Origin: an uncultured Clostridium sp. | GTDB lineage: Bacteria > Bacillota > Clostridia > TANB77 > CAG-508 | Length of the DNA stretch: 64,000 nucleotides | NCBI GenBank assembly: GCA_947303785.1 | Contig: CAMYZH010000003.1 | Coordinates: 596-64,595 of the forward strand | Reading direction: 5' to 3' | Shown here: one piece after another, positions 18,145-28,260 of the stretch | How positions within the stretch are numbered: the first letter of the stretch is position 1 | How the letters are laid out: each line of letters starts with the position of its first letter | The notes under the pieces: generated by a model | What the model saw: only the letters and a program-made list of their open reading frames with translations | The model's database searches: none | Told to the model about the DNA's origin: nothing | Made by a program: the position numbers and the translations under genes

Positions 18145-20411
18145 TTCCTTCCTGAATATGGTGTCTATCTAACTCTTCCCTGCTTAGTTGTGATAATGCA
18201 ATTTGTCTATAAGTTTCACAATTTTCCATTAACTCTTCATGAGTACCTTTTCCAACGATTTTACCATCATCTAATGTTATAATTTGATCTGCATTTAAAA
18301 CTGTATTAATTCTTTGGGCTACTATAATTACTGTTTTATCTTTAGTCACCTTTGCAAGTTCTTCTCTAAGTAATGAATCAGTCTTATAATCCAATGCAGA
18401 AAAACTATCATCAAATATGTATATTTCAGGATTAGAAGCAATTGCTCTTGCTATTGAAATTCTTTGTTTTTGGCCTCCTGATACATTTGTTCCTCCTTGA
18501 GAAATCAATGTTTTATATTTTTTTGGTTTTTCCTCTATAAACTCTGCAGCCTGTGCTATTCTAGCTGCTTCATACATTTTCTCATCACTCATATTTTCAT
18601 CTGCAAACTTAATATTTGATTCTATTGTTCCAGAAAATAGTATTCCTTTTTGTGGAACAAATCCAATAATATCCCTTAACTGTTTTTGAGATACCTCTTT
18701 AACATTAACTCCATCAACCCTTAATTCTCCACCAGTTACATCATAAAATCTAGGAATTAGATTAATAACTGTAGATTTACCACTACCAGTACTACCAATT
18801 ATGGCTGTAGTTTTTCCGAGGTTCTGCTGTAAAGTTAATATCAGTTAAAATCTCCATATCTGCATCTGGATATCTAAAAGAAACGTTTTTAAATTCCACT
18901 AATCCTTTTTTAGTTTTATCAAATTCTTTTAACTCTTTGCCGTCCTCAACACTTAAACTTTTCTCTAATACTTCATTAATTCTATTAGCACTTACTGCTG
19001 CTCTAGGTAACATTATTGATATTATCGAAATCATTAAAAACGACATAACTATATGCATCGTATACTGCATAATTGCCATCATATCACCGACTTGCATAAC
19101 TCCTTGGTCAATACTATGTCCACCAAACCAAATAATCATAAGTGTAATACCATTCATTAAAAGCATTAATAATGGCCACATGAATGACATTACTTTATTT
19201 ACAAAAACATTTACTTTTGTTAAATCCAAATTTGCTCTATCAAATCTTTTTTCTTCATCTCTTTCTTTGTTAAACGCTCTAATTACAGGAATTCCAGTTA
19301 AAATTTCTCTTGTTACAAGATTAATTTTATCGATTAGTACTTGTAGTTTTTTGAATTTGGGCATTGCAATTATAAAAAGTAATAGAACAACAAAAATAAT
19401 ACTTATTATTGCAAATCCAATAATCCAAATCATGGATGTTGCACCAATTCCTAAAACTCTTATAAATCCACCAATTCCCATTATTGGGGCAAATACAACT
19501 GTTCTAAACATCATTTGAATCATGCCTTGAATTTGTTGAATATCGTTTGTACTTCTTGTGATTAGAGAAGCTGTTGAAAACTCTCTGAACTCCTTATTTG
19601 AATACTTTAATACTTTTTCAAACACTTCTTCTCTTAATTTTTTAGCAAGCAAACATGCCATTCTCGAAGACAAATATAAAATTACAATTCCTGAAGCCAT
19701 AATAAAAAATGCAATTCCTAGCATTTGAAATCCTGACTTCCATAAATATTTTTTCTGAATTTTATCAGTATTCATTCCAATAGCTTCATATTCACCATTT
19801 ACAGTAACTATTGCCGTTTGGTCAATCATTCCTCCTAAATTTTTATCAATTACTTCTCCTAGTTGGTTTATCATCTTCTGAGATTGTTCAGAAGGCATGT
19901 TTTTTATAATTTCTAATAAACTACTATTTTCAAATGTTATGGCAACTTGGTCTGGCATTGTTGAAAGTACATATTTTTTTAACTGCTCACTTTTGTTTTC
20001 ATCTTCTAATATAGAAACCATAACTAATGGCTTGGCAAGTATATTTTGTAGCTTTTCTTGATTATCTTTTGAAATCTTTTTTAACTCATATATATTTTCA
20101 TTTTCAAGTAATGGATATTCTTTTAATTTTTTTTCATATTCTTCTTTTGATAAATCATATTTCGAAAGTAATTTATAATTTTTTAAAATTGTCTCATCAT
20201 CAGTAGTTGCAACAAGTATATTATTCATTGTTTTTTCTCTGATTGCAACAGGCACACAATTTTCAATTCCATTTTGTTGAATTCCAATATTTACAATTTT
20301 TGAAGTATAGTCTGGTAGCGCTAGTTCTCCCATTGCTTGAATTACTAATAATAAAATAACAATAATAACTGATTTCCATGTTAATTTAAGTTTTTTTAGT
20401 AGTTTGAACAT
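18131..20411 (-). pseudogene. Second ABC exporter half-transporter disrupted by a +1 frameshift at the Walker A motif (about 18805)
   Basis: ORF 18792-20411 ends ...NFTAEPRKNYSHNW*. Removing one C from CCTCGG restores ...EPGKTTAIIGSTGSGKST..., which continues into ORF 18131-18592 (LSGGQKQRISIARA). Confidence 0.75.
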
Positions 20412-20515
20412 ATTATTAAATTTCCCTCTCTTATAAAATATTTTATATTATATCATCAAATATGTGAATTTGCCAATATATAAAATCCTAATGACAAACT
20501 TCTAAAAATAGAAAA

Positions 20516-20545
20516 AACGCAGAATATTTTTATTCTGCGCTTTAT
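20516..20545. terminator. Bidirectional terminator (cgcagaata-ttttt-attctgcg)
   Basis: Hairpin flanked by T-rich runs on both strands, lying downstream of rny. Confidence 0.6.
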
Positions 20546-20548
20546 TTT

Positions 20549-22150
20549 TTATTTTGCATATTCAATAGCTCTAGTTTCACGAATTACATTTACTTTAATT
20601 TGACCTGGATATTCCATTTCTTCTTCAATCTTTTTCGCAACATCACGAGCAAGAATTAACATATCATTATCAGAAATCTTTTCAGGTTTTACAACTAATC
20701 TAACTTCTCTACCAGCCTGAATAGCAAATGATTTTTCAACACCCTCAAAAGATTCGGCAACTCTTTCAAGATCTTGTAATCTTTTAATATAAGTTTCTAG
20801 TGTTTCTCTTCTAGCACCTGGTCTAGATGCAGAAATTGCATCTGCAGCTTGAACTAAAACAGCTTCTAATGATTTTGGTTCAACATCACCATGATGAGCT
20901 TCTACAGCATTTATTACAATATCGCCTTCTTTATAACGTTTTAATACATCAACACCAATTTCTACGTGTGTTCCTTCCATATCATGGTCTAAAGCTTTTC
21001 CTATATCATGAAGTAATCCAGCACGTGCAGCAAGTTTTGAATTTAATCCTAATTCATCTGCCATTATTCTAGATAAATGAGATACTTCAATTGAATGATT
21101 TAATACGTTTTGACCATAACTTGTTCTATATTTAAGCTTTCCTAGAAGTTTTACTATATCTGGATTTAAACCATTTACTCCTGTTTCTAAAACGGCTCTT
21201 TCTCCTTCTTCTTTAATTATAGTTTCAACTTCTTCTTTTGCTTTTTCAACCATTTCTTCTATTTTAGCAGGGTGTATTCTTCCATCTTCTAAAAGTTTCT
21301 CTAGTGCAATTCTTGCAACTTCACGTCTAAGTGGATCAAATCCTGAAATAATAACTGCTTCTGGTGTATCATCTATTATTAGGTCAATTCCTGTTAGTGT
21401 TTCTAATGTTTTAATATTTCTACCTTCTCTACCTATAATTCTACCTTTCATTTCATCATTTGGTAATGATACAACTGATACTGTAGTTTCAGAAGTATGA
21501 TCTGCTGCACATTTTTGTATTGCATAACTAACCATTTCTTTAGCAATTTTTGAAGAGTCTTCTTTATATTTATTTTCATAATCTCTTATCTTTTGAGCTT
21601 TTTCAGCTGATATTTCACTTTCTAGCGAATCAAGTAATTGTTTTTTTGCTTCATCAACTGTCAATCCTGATATTCTTTGTAATTCTTGCACTTCTTCTTC
21701 TTTCTTTTTTTCTAAATCAGCCTTAATTTCATCATTTTCAAGAATTCTTTTTTCAAGATCTTTTTCTTTATTTTCTAAAGATTGTACTCTCCTATCTAAA
21801 TTCTCTTCTTTTTGAATAAGTCTTTTTTCTTGTTGTCCTAATTCTGTTCTCCTCTCTTTAATCTCTTGATCTAAATCATTTCTAAGTTTAAGCATTTCTT
21901 CTTTTGCTTTAAAAATTTCTTCTCTTTTTGTATTTTCAGCTTCTATTTTTACAGTTTCAAGTAATCTCTTAGCTTCATTTTCAGCACTTTTTATTTTAGA
22001 TTCAGCAATTCTTTTTCTAATAGTAATTCCTAAAGGTATGAATATTGCTGCTGAGATTAAAAGAGTAATTATAACAATTAGTACTTCATTCATTATAATC
22101 AACCTCTTTTCTATTAATTTTTCAATGTTCATTAAATATATAAACTTCAC
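20549..22150 (-). CDS. rny: Ribonuclease Y
   Basis: N-terminal TM helix, coiled coil, KH domain and HD domain (LLHDIGKA), at the expected length of 533 aa. Confidence 0.9.
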   Translation of the reverse strand: MKFIYLMNIEKLIEKRLIIMNEVLIVIITLLISAAIFIPLGITIRKRIAESKIKSAENEAKRLLETVKIEAENTKREEIFKAKEEMLKLRNDLDQEIKERRTELGQQEKRLIQKEENLDRRVQSLENKEKDLEKRILENDEIKADLEKKKEEEVQELQRISGLTVDEAKKQLLDSLESEISAEKAQKIRDYENKYKEDSSKIAKEMVSYAIQKCAADHTSETTVSVVSLPNDEMKGRIIGREGRNIKTLETLTGIDLIIDDTPEAVIISGFDPLRREVARIALEKLLEDGRIHPAKIEEMVEKAKEEVETIIKEEGERAVLETGVNGLNPDIVKLLGKLKYRTSYGQNVLNHSIEVSHLSRIMADELGLNSKLAARAGLLHDIGKALDHDMEGTHVEIGVDVLKRYKEGDIVINAVEAHHGDVEPKSLEAVLVQAADAISASRPGARRETLETYIKRLQDLERVAESFEGVEKSFAIQAGREVRLVVKPEKISDNDMLILARDVAKKIEEEMEYPGQIKVNVIRETRAIEYAK

Positions 22151-22307
22151 TATAAATTTTATATTTTAATATACCGTATCTATTTTATATTCATAATATA
22201 AATTTGTCAAGCATAGAATTTGGGGTAAAATGAATTATTAAAAGAGGTTATAATTTTGTTTATAACCCCTTTTAATAATTTTTATATTGATTTCCCAAAA
22301 AATACTT

Positions 22308-23189
22308 TTATGCTCTAGGATGAGCTTTTTTATATATATCTTTTAATCCATCATCTTGATATTTCATATATATTTGTGTTGAAGAAATATCAGAATGTCC
22401 AAGCATCATCTGAATTGATTTCAAATCTGCTCCATTTTGTAAAAGATGTGTTGCAAATGAATGTCTTAAAACATGTGGCGTAATATCTTTTGAAATATGA
22501 GCTTGTTCTTTATAATATTTGATAATTTTCCAAAATCCTTGTCTTGTTAATCTTTTTCCATTTACATTAACAAATAATGCTTTTTCATTCTCATTTTTAA
22601 TCATAACTGGTCTAGCATTGTTTACATATTCATTTAAGGCTTTTATAGAAATATTTCCAAGTGGTATAGTTCTTTTTTTAACACCATTTGTACATACAAC
22701 AAATGATTTATCAAAATTAACATCTTCTAAATTTAAAGAAATAATTTCTGTAACTCTCATTCCTGTAGCATATGCAAATTCTAACATTGCCTTATCTCTA
22801 ATTCCTTTTAAATCAACATTTTTAGGCTGTTCAAGTAATAATTCTACTTCTTCTGATGATAAAATACTTGGAGCCTTTTTTTCTATTTTAGGTGATTCTA
22901 GTCCTTCAGTGGGATCTTTTTTTACTTTTTTATTTCGTAATTGATATTGATAAAAAGATCTAATTGAAGCTAAATTTCTTGATATTGTAGAAGATTTTTT
23001 ACCTTCTTCTTTTAAATAATCTATATATTTTCTTATCTCTTGTTCATCTATTTTAGTATAAACTAATCTTTTGCTATCTAAGTATTCTTCAAATTGAACA
23101 ATATCTCTTTTGTATGATTGCAATGTATTTGCAGATAATTTTTTATCATTCTCTAAAAAATCTAAGAAAAGTTTAATTTGTTTTTCCAT
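22308..23189 (-). CDS. xerD: Tyrosine recombinase XerD/XerC-type
   Basis: HVLRHSFATHLLQNGADLKSIQMMLGHSDISSTQIY C-terminal catalytic box; 293 aa. Confidence 0.8.
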   Translation of the reverse strand: MEKQIKLFLDFLENDKKLSANTLQSYKRDIVQFEEYLDSKRLVYTKIDEQEIRKYIDYLKEEGKKSSTISRNLASIRSFYQYQLRNKKVKKDPTEGLESPKIEKKAPSILSSEEVELLLEQPKNVDLKGIRDKAMLEFAYATGMRVTEIISLNLEDVNFDKSFVVCTNGVKKRTIPLGNISIKALNEYVNNARPVMIKNENEKALFVNVNGKRLTRQGFWKIIKYYKEQAHISKDITPHVLRHSFATHLLQNGADLKSIQMMLGHSDISSTQIYMKYQDDGLKDIYKKAHPRA

Positions 23190-23317
23190 TTATTAGTCCC
23201 CCATCCGAAATAATAACCTAAAATAAATCTATTTTACATTGAATAATTAATCACAAATTTACATAAATTATTTATATGTAATGTTATATCAGAAGTTCTA
23301 AAAAAAGTAAATAGTTT

Positions 23318-23926
23318 TTATAGATATTTTTTAAAGAGATTTAAAAAAAATGTTGACACATATGCCTCTAGCAATGACGAGATTATTACTATTAAAATTG
23401 CAATTAACACAAAGAATAAATATTTAATAATTTCAAACTTTATATCACTCTCTTTTTTTAATGTATTCTTCACAAAATTTACCCCAGCCACTAGAACTAT
23501 AAACATAGATGTTAGATATATTATGTTATGAAAAAGCATTCCACTACAAATAAAAATAATTGATGTTTTTATAGATTGTGTGGCAAAAATTGCAGAAATT
23601 GTATACCCAATAGAAAATGCTTTTTTTACAATCATAAAATAAGAAATTGGAAGTCCTATAATTGTTGTTGATAAACATGCGGCAACCAAAAAATCTTTTA
23701 TATTTCTGTGAATTGATGTAGTAAAAACATCTTTTTGATTAACATTTTGACTACTCTTAATGTTATTAATTCTTTCACTAGTGATTTCTTTAATTATTCT
23801 CTTTTCAGAATTATTAGTGTTATTTATACAGAAAATAGCAATTACAATTCCTGTTATAGTGATTATTAGCAACCTCAAATATTCTGTAATATTATTATAA
23901 AAATATTCCTTAACATATGTCCTCAT
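23318..23926 (-). CDS. SpoIIM-family (DUF95) polytopic membrane protein
   Basis: About 200 aa with 4-5 TM helices and a position next to xerD, as seen in Clostridia/Bacilli. The family assignment rests on architecture only. Confidence 0.4.
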   Translation of the reverse strand: MRTYVKEYFYNNITEYLRLLIITITGIVIAIFCINNTNNSEKRIIKEITSERINNIKSSQNVNQKDVFTTSIHRNIKDFLVAACLSTTIIGLPISYFMIVKKAFSIGYTISAIFATQSIKTSIIFICSGMLFHNIIYLTSMFIVLVAGVNFVKNTLKKESDIKFEIIKYLFFVLIAILIVIISSLLEAYVSTFFLNLFKKYL

Positions 23927-23971
23927 TTGTCCCTCCCTTTTTTCATAAGTATTCCAATAAAATAAAAATAT

Positions 23972-24000
23972 GTGTCAAATGGGACGCCCTTTTTTGACAC
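23972..24000. repeat. Palindromic repeat unit GTGTCAAATGGGACGCCCTTTTTTGACAC (family locus 1a)
   Basis: Self-complementary unit. It recurs at 24063, 48685, 48757, 60354, 60391, 62579 and 62651. Confidence 0.8.
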
Positions 24001-24062
24001 ACTTTTAATTAAATATTTCAATAAAATTGATTAAACAGGCTAAATTTGGGGCAAAAAATGTG

Positions 24063-24094
24063 AGTGTCAAAAAAGGGCGTCCCGTTTGACACTC
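24063..24094. repeat. Palindromic repeat unit in inverted orientation (locus 1b), separated from 1a by about 62 bp
   Basis: Reverse complement of unit 1a with a single mismatch. Confidence 0.8.
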
Positions 24095-24101
24095 ACACCT
24101 A

Positions 24102-25331
24102 TTACATTAATTTGTCTAAATCAGAAAAGATTTCTTCTTTATTCATATTTCTACCAATAAATACAAGTTTGACCATCCTATCACCAACTTCATCATCCCA
24201 TTGTTTCATAATGCTTGGATCTTCTTTTATCATTTGTTCTAATTCTTCTTTTGGCGCAGATGCAATCCAGTATCCCGCTTCTGATAATTGTAATTGTTTT
24301 CCTGCTTGCTCAAAAATGTAAGACATATCATAATCATTCTTAAACCAAACCAAACCCTTACATCTAATTACATTTTTAGGAAATTTAAAATTAACATATT
24401 CTTCAAATTTCTTCGAATCAAAAGGTTTTCTAGAAGTATATACAAATGTTCCTATGCCATATTCTTCAGCTTCTCCTTCATCATGGTGATGATGGTGCCC
24501 ATGATGCTCATGCTCGTGTTCATGCTCTTCATCTTCGTCTTCATCCCCATCATGATGATGGTGGTGTTCATGATCATGATCTTCATCATCATCTTCTTCA
24601 TCTTTTTCTAGTTCTTGAATCCATCCAGCAGAACCAGATATTTTGTCAAAATCAAAATTTCTAGTATCCATAATTTGTCCAACATCAACTTTAGCATAAT
24701 TAGTTTCAATTATCTCTGCAGTTGGTTGAAGAGTTTTAATAACTTTTCTTACCTCATTTAATTCATCTTCTGATATTTCATCAACTTTATTTAATACTAT
24801 AACATTACAAAACTCAATTTGTTGAATCAAAAGGTTTTCAATATCTTCTTCATCAATATCTTCTTTAACTAAATTTTCTCCACATCCAAATTCTGTAGCT
24901 AGTCTTAATGCATCAACAACAGTAACAATATTGTCTAATCTGCAAAGATTTGTCATTCCATAATCAGATAATGAATTTTCTAATACAGAAATTGTTTGAG
25001 CAATTGGCAATGGTTCACAAATACCACTAGCTTCAATCAAAATATAGTCAAATTGTCCTGTTTTCAAAATGTCAACTATTTGTTTCATTAAATCTTCTTT
25101 TAATGTACAACAAATGCAACCGTTTGATAAAGGAACAACTTTTCCATTATCTTTTTCTTGAATAAATCCTCCATCTTGAATTAATTTAGCATCAATATTA
25201 ACTTCCCCTATATCATTTACAATTACCGCAACCTTATATCCTTCTTGATTATTCAAAATATGATTCATTAGTGTTGTTTTTCCAGCACCTAAGTAACCTG
25301 TTAATAATGTAATTCCTGTAGTCTTACTCAT
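24102..25331 (-). CDS. COG0523/CobW-family GTPase with a His-rich insert (Zn metallochaperone-like, ZigA/YciC/Zng1 type)
   Basis: GYLGAGKTTL P-loop, CxCC-like GCICCT segment, and a HDHEHHHHHD...HHGHHHHHDEG histidine tract. Confidence 0.85.
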   Translation of the reverse strand: MSKTTGITLLTGYLGAGKTTLMNHILNNQEGYKVAVIVNDIGEVNIDAKLIQDGGFIQEKDNGKVVPLSNGCICCTLKEDLMKQIVDILKTGQFDYILIEASGICEPLPIAQTISVLENSLSDYGMTNLCRLDNIVTVVDALRLATEFGCGENLVKEDIDEEDIENLLIQQIEFCNVIVLNKVDEISEDELNEVRKVIKTLQPTAEIIETNYAKVDVGQIMDTRNFDFDKISGSAGWIQELEKDEEDDDEDHDHEHHHHHDGDEDEDEEHEHEHEHHGHHHHHDEGEAEEYGIGTFVYTSRKPFDSKKFEEYVNFKFPKNVIRCKGLVWFKNDYDMSYIFEQAGKQLQLSEAGYWIASAPKEELEQMIKEDPSIMKQWDDEVGDRMVKLVFIGRNMNKEEIFSDLDKLM

Positions 25332-25364
25332 TAATTATTTCCTCCTTCATAACTTAAAACAAAT

Positions 25365-25718
25365 TTACTGAACTTTCTTATATAAAGTATCATTTCCAGA
25401 AGAATCTTTAACATTTAAAGTATCTCCTTTTATACTATATTCAGTTTCAAATGGACTAGTATTTCCATCATATAAAATAGAAATTTTATTATCTTTAATT
25501 GAATATGTAAATTTCATTTCTGATCCATATACATTATAATCTCCTGTTCCATCTTCATTGAAAGTATATGTATAATCAGCTCCTTCATATCTCCAACTTC
25601 CTACTATTGATTCTGTTTTTTCTTTCTTTTCTTCTTTTTCCTTTCCACATCCTGTTAGTAGTAAAGCACTACCAAATAGCAATACTATTATTGCTAAACT
25701 TGTAACTATTTTTTTCAT
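25365..25718 (-). CDS. Small lipoprotein
   Basis: Signal peptide and lipobox (LLTGC), 117 aa. Immediately upstream of the CobW gene, so probably co-transcribed. Confidence 0.5.
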   Translation of the reverse strand: MKKIVTSLAIIVLLFGSALLLTGCGKEKEEKKEKTESIVGSWRYEGADYTYTFNEDGTGDYNVYGSEMKFTYSIKDNKISILYDGNTSPFETEYSIKGDTLNVKDSSGNDTLYKKVQ

Positions 25719-25792
25719 AGCAATCCTCCTTAATAAAAAATTAATTTATCTAGTGTAAAAATTTATGTAACAAATTTATTGTAAATTATCTT

Positions 25793-26515
25793 TTACTCAT
25801 ATTTTTCTAAAAGATACTCCCATAACTGTACGTGATTAGATATAAATACCATACACATCAAAAAGCCATACCAAATAACAAATGCTATAATCCCTGTAGC
25901 CGCTTTTCCTTTGTTAAGTTTTTTGGCTATATGCATTGAAATAAATGCAAAAAAAACGACTATAATTCCTGAAATAAAATTGTATAAATTTAAAGCAAAA
26001 CTCTCTCTGCCATCAATAATTACAATTGAAACTCCTCCTATTAAAGATGCAATAGTTGCAACTTTCCAATTAGTTTTTTTCTTTTCTTCACTATCTGTTT
26101 CTTGTGAAATAATCTCATTATTTTCAGTTGTCACTACTTTTTTCGGCTCTTCTTTTTTCTTTTCTTTCACCTCAGTTTCTATTTTTTTTTGAACATTTTT
26201 ATGATTTTTAAGTGTATTATATTCTTCTGTCCACCCTAAAGAAAATGTAATCCCAGCTAGAAACTCATTTATCCCTGTCTCAGACATATAATTATTTTCG
26301 AGTTTTCTTCTTGCCTTTATAATAATAGTACTTCTTTGTTTTTTTTCACAATTCACAAATAATGGACCTATATTTTCATTTAAAGCCATCTCTAATAATT
26401 TTTTTTCATTTTTCAATTGTGGTGCTGTATCTGCAAATATTGAAACAAATTTTTTATTACTTAATAATATTTCTTCTCCATATTTTTCTATTATATTCTT
26501 TAATACTTCTTCCAT
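25793..26515 (-). CDS. Membrane protein, paralog 1 of a triplicated family (conserved ~100-aa N-domain plus a TM region)
   Basis: N-terminal domain (IIEKYGEEILL...ALGW) shared with ORFs 26534-27496 and 27496-28242. Confidence 0.5.
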   Translation of the reverse strand: MEEVLKNIIEKYGEEILLSNKKFVSIFADTAPQLKNEKKLLEMALNENIGPLFVNCEKKQRSTIIIKARRKLENNYMSETGINEFLAGITFSLGWTEEYNTLKNHKNVQKKIETEVKEKKKEEPKKVVTTENNEIISQETDSEEKKKTNWKVATIASLIGGVSIVIIDGRESFALNLYNFISGIIVVFFAFISMHIAKKLNKGKAATGIIAFVIWYGFLMCMVFISNHVQLWEYLLEKYE

Positions 26516-26533
26516 AATAAACCTCTCAACATT

Positions 26534-27496
26534 TTAAGGCATGTACAATATATACCATTTTAATCCGATTCTACCAATTGTTACATAAATATCAGATGTT
26601 CCTATCATACTAATGTTCACTTTATATTCATAAGCTGAACTTATATTAACATTTGCATCATATCTTTCTTTTATATCTTCTTCAATATCTTTTATCTCAG
26701 AATCACTTAATTTTTTACTATCTAAATAATTAACTTGAATATCTTGACCTAATGTAAATAGATTTACCCACATCATATCAGAACCATATTTTTCTTTCAT
26801 CTTATCTCTATATTGTGGTGGAAAATATGAAAAACATTTTTCTTGATCTTTTTGACAGCTTTTGAAAAATCCTCCTATCATTTCCTTATAATTTGGATTT
26901 ATAAATCTATATGCAAAATATCCACATACAGCAATTATAATAATTGTTATTATTATACCAATCATACTTCCAGATGATGTTGCAATTTTTGTTTTTCCAC
27001 CAGCTCCGGCAACACCTTTAAGAAGTGTATGTGGCTGAGCTTTAGGTTTTGAAATTGGCTTAGTAGCAGATTGTACATTGTTTGGTATTTCGACTTTACC
27101 ATTTGGGGAAGAATTTACATTTTCTTCTGGTTGACTTTGTAATTTTCCAACATTATGATTTGTTATTAAATCAACATAAGACTTATCCCAACCTAATGCA
27201 AATATGAAACTAGTTAAAACAGTTTCACTATTTTTCCTTGTTAACTCCTGAACATTTTCTAATCTTTTTTTAGCGATGGTTAAATTTTTCTTTTTTTCTT
27301 CTTCCTTGCACTCAACTAAAAGTTCATTAACCTTTTTATCTAATGCCAAAGTTAATGCTCTTTTTTCTTTTTTCATTTCGGGATATTCATTTGAAAAAAC
27401 CTGAATAAGCTTATTTCTATCAAGCAAAATCTCCTTTCCATTATCTTCAACGATTTTTTTTAATTCATGTCTCATGCTAACTATCTCCTTTCTCAT
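26534..27496 (-). CDS. Membrane protein, paralog 2 of the triplicated family
   Basis: Same N-terminal domain, one TM helix and a distinct C-terminal domain. Confidence 0.5.
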   Translation of the reverse strand: MRKEIVSMRHELKKIVEDNGKEILLDRNKLIQVFSNEYPEMKKEKRALTLALDKKVNELLVECKEEEKKKNLTIAKKRLENVQELTRKNSETVLTSFIFALGWDKSYVDLITNHNVGKLQSQPEENVNSSPNGKVEIPNNVQSATKPISKPKAQPHTLLKGVAGAGGKTKIATSSGSMIGIIITIIIIAVCGYFAYRFINPNYKEMIGGFFKSCQKDQEKCFSYFPPQYRDKMKEKYGSDMMWVNLFTLGQDIQVNYLDSKKLSDSEIKDIEEDIKERYDANVNISSAYEYKVNISMIGTSDIYVTIGRIGLKWYILYMP

Positions 27497-28242
27497 TAAA
27501 AAATTTTAATTCCAAATAATGTTGAAATTCCCATTGAAATAAACATACTTATAGTCAAAATAAGAACCATAATCGGAAAACACCAAACTTCTTTTTTGGT
27601 ATTTTTTGTAGAAACATATGCAATTATTGCACATGCTTCCATTATTATAGAAAATGGTAATAAATCATATTCCCCACTCATTATTGTCATAATTATCATA
27701 AATGGAAAACAATAAACTATTATCATAACACAAAACATTCCTAGAAATCCCAAAGCTTGAATATAACTTGTTGGCTCACTATTAATTGAAACATTTTTTA
27801 TTCTTCTATCATTTTTGGTAGATATTACTTCTTGTCCTTCGTTAGTACTTTTTTCTTCATTTTTATTAATATTTTTAGCCATATTATTATCATTCTTTGG
27901 TTTCTCTATAAAACTAGAATATCTATTTTGATTTTTACTCAATTTCTGATATTCATCATTCCACCCAAGTCCATAAGAAATTCCTTTTAAAACACTATTT
28001 AATCCTTCTTCAGACATATAACTATCCAATTTCCTTTTAACTTTTATTATGCAAATTTCTCTTTGACTATCTTTACAATTTACAAACAATTCCCCAATGT
28101 TTTCACTAAATGCTATTTGTAAAAGTTTCTTTTCCTTTTTCATACTAGGTGCTTCGTCTGAAAATATTGATATAAATTTTTTTGAATTTAATAAAATTTC
28201 TTTTCCATATTTATCTATTATTTTTTTAACTATCTCTTTCAT
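27496..28242 (-). CDS. Membrane protein, paralog 3 of the triplicated family
   Basis: Same N-terminal domain and three TM helices. Its stop codon overlaps the start of paralog 2. Confidence 0.5.
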   Translation of the reverse strand: MKEIVKKIIDKYGKEILLNSKKFISIFSDEAPSMKKEKKLLQIAFSENIGELFVNCKDSQREICIIKVKRKLDSYMSEEGLNSVLKGISYGLGWNDEYQKLSKNQNRYSSFIEKPKNDNNMAKNINKNEEKSTNEGQEVISTKNDRRIKNVSINSEPTSYIQALGFLGMFCVMIIVYCFPFMIIMTIMSGEYDLLPFSIIMEACAIIAYVSTKNTKKEVWCFPIMVLILTISMFISMGISTLFGIKIF

Positions 28243-28260
28243 AAATAATTCCTTCCAATA

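Noticed and set aside
18937-19518. 193-aa plus-strand ORF inside the frameshifted ABC transporter gene
   Set aside because: Antisense shadow ORF in an AT-rich membrane-domain region with no recognisable features.
23318-23926. Inferring that the organism sporulates from SpoIIM-family and CotJC-like genes
   Set aside because: DUF95/SpoIIM homologs and Mn catalases also occur in non-sporulating Firmicutes, and no other sporulation genes are in the window.
24294-24664. Plus-strand ORFs opposite the His-rich region of the COG0523 gene
   Set aside because: Repetitive CAT/GAT codons create spurious open frames on the opposite strand. There is no RBS or domain support.
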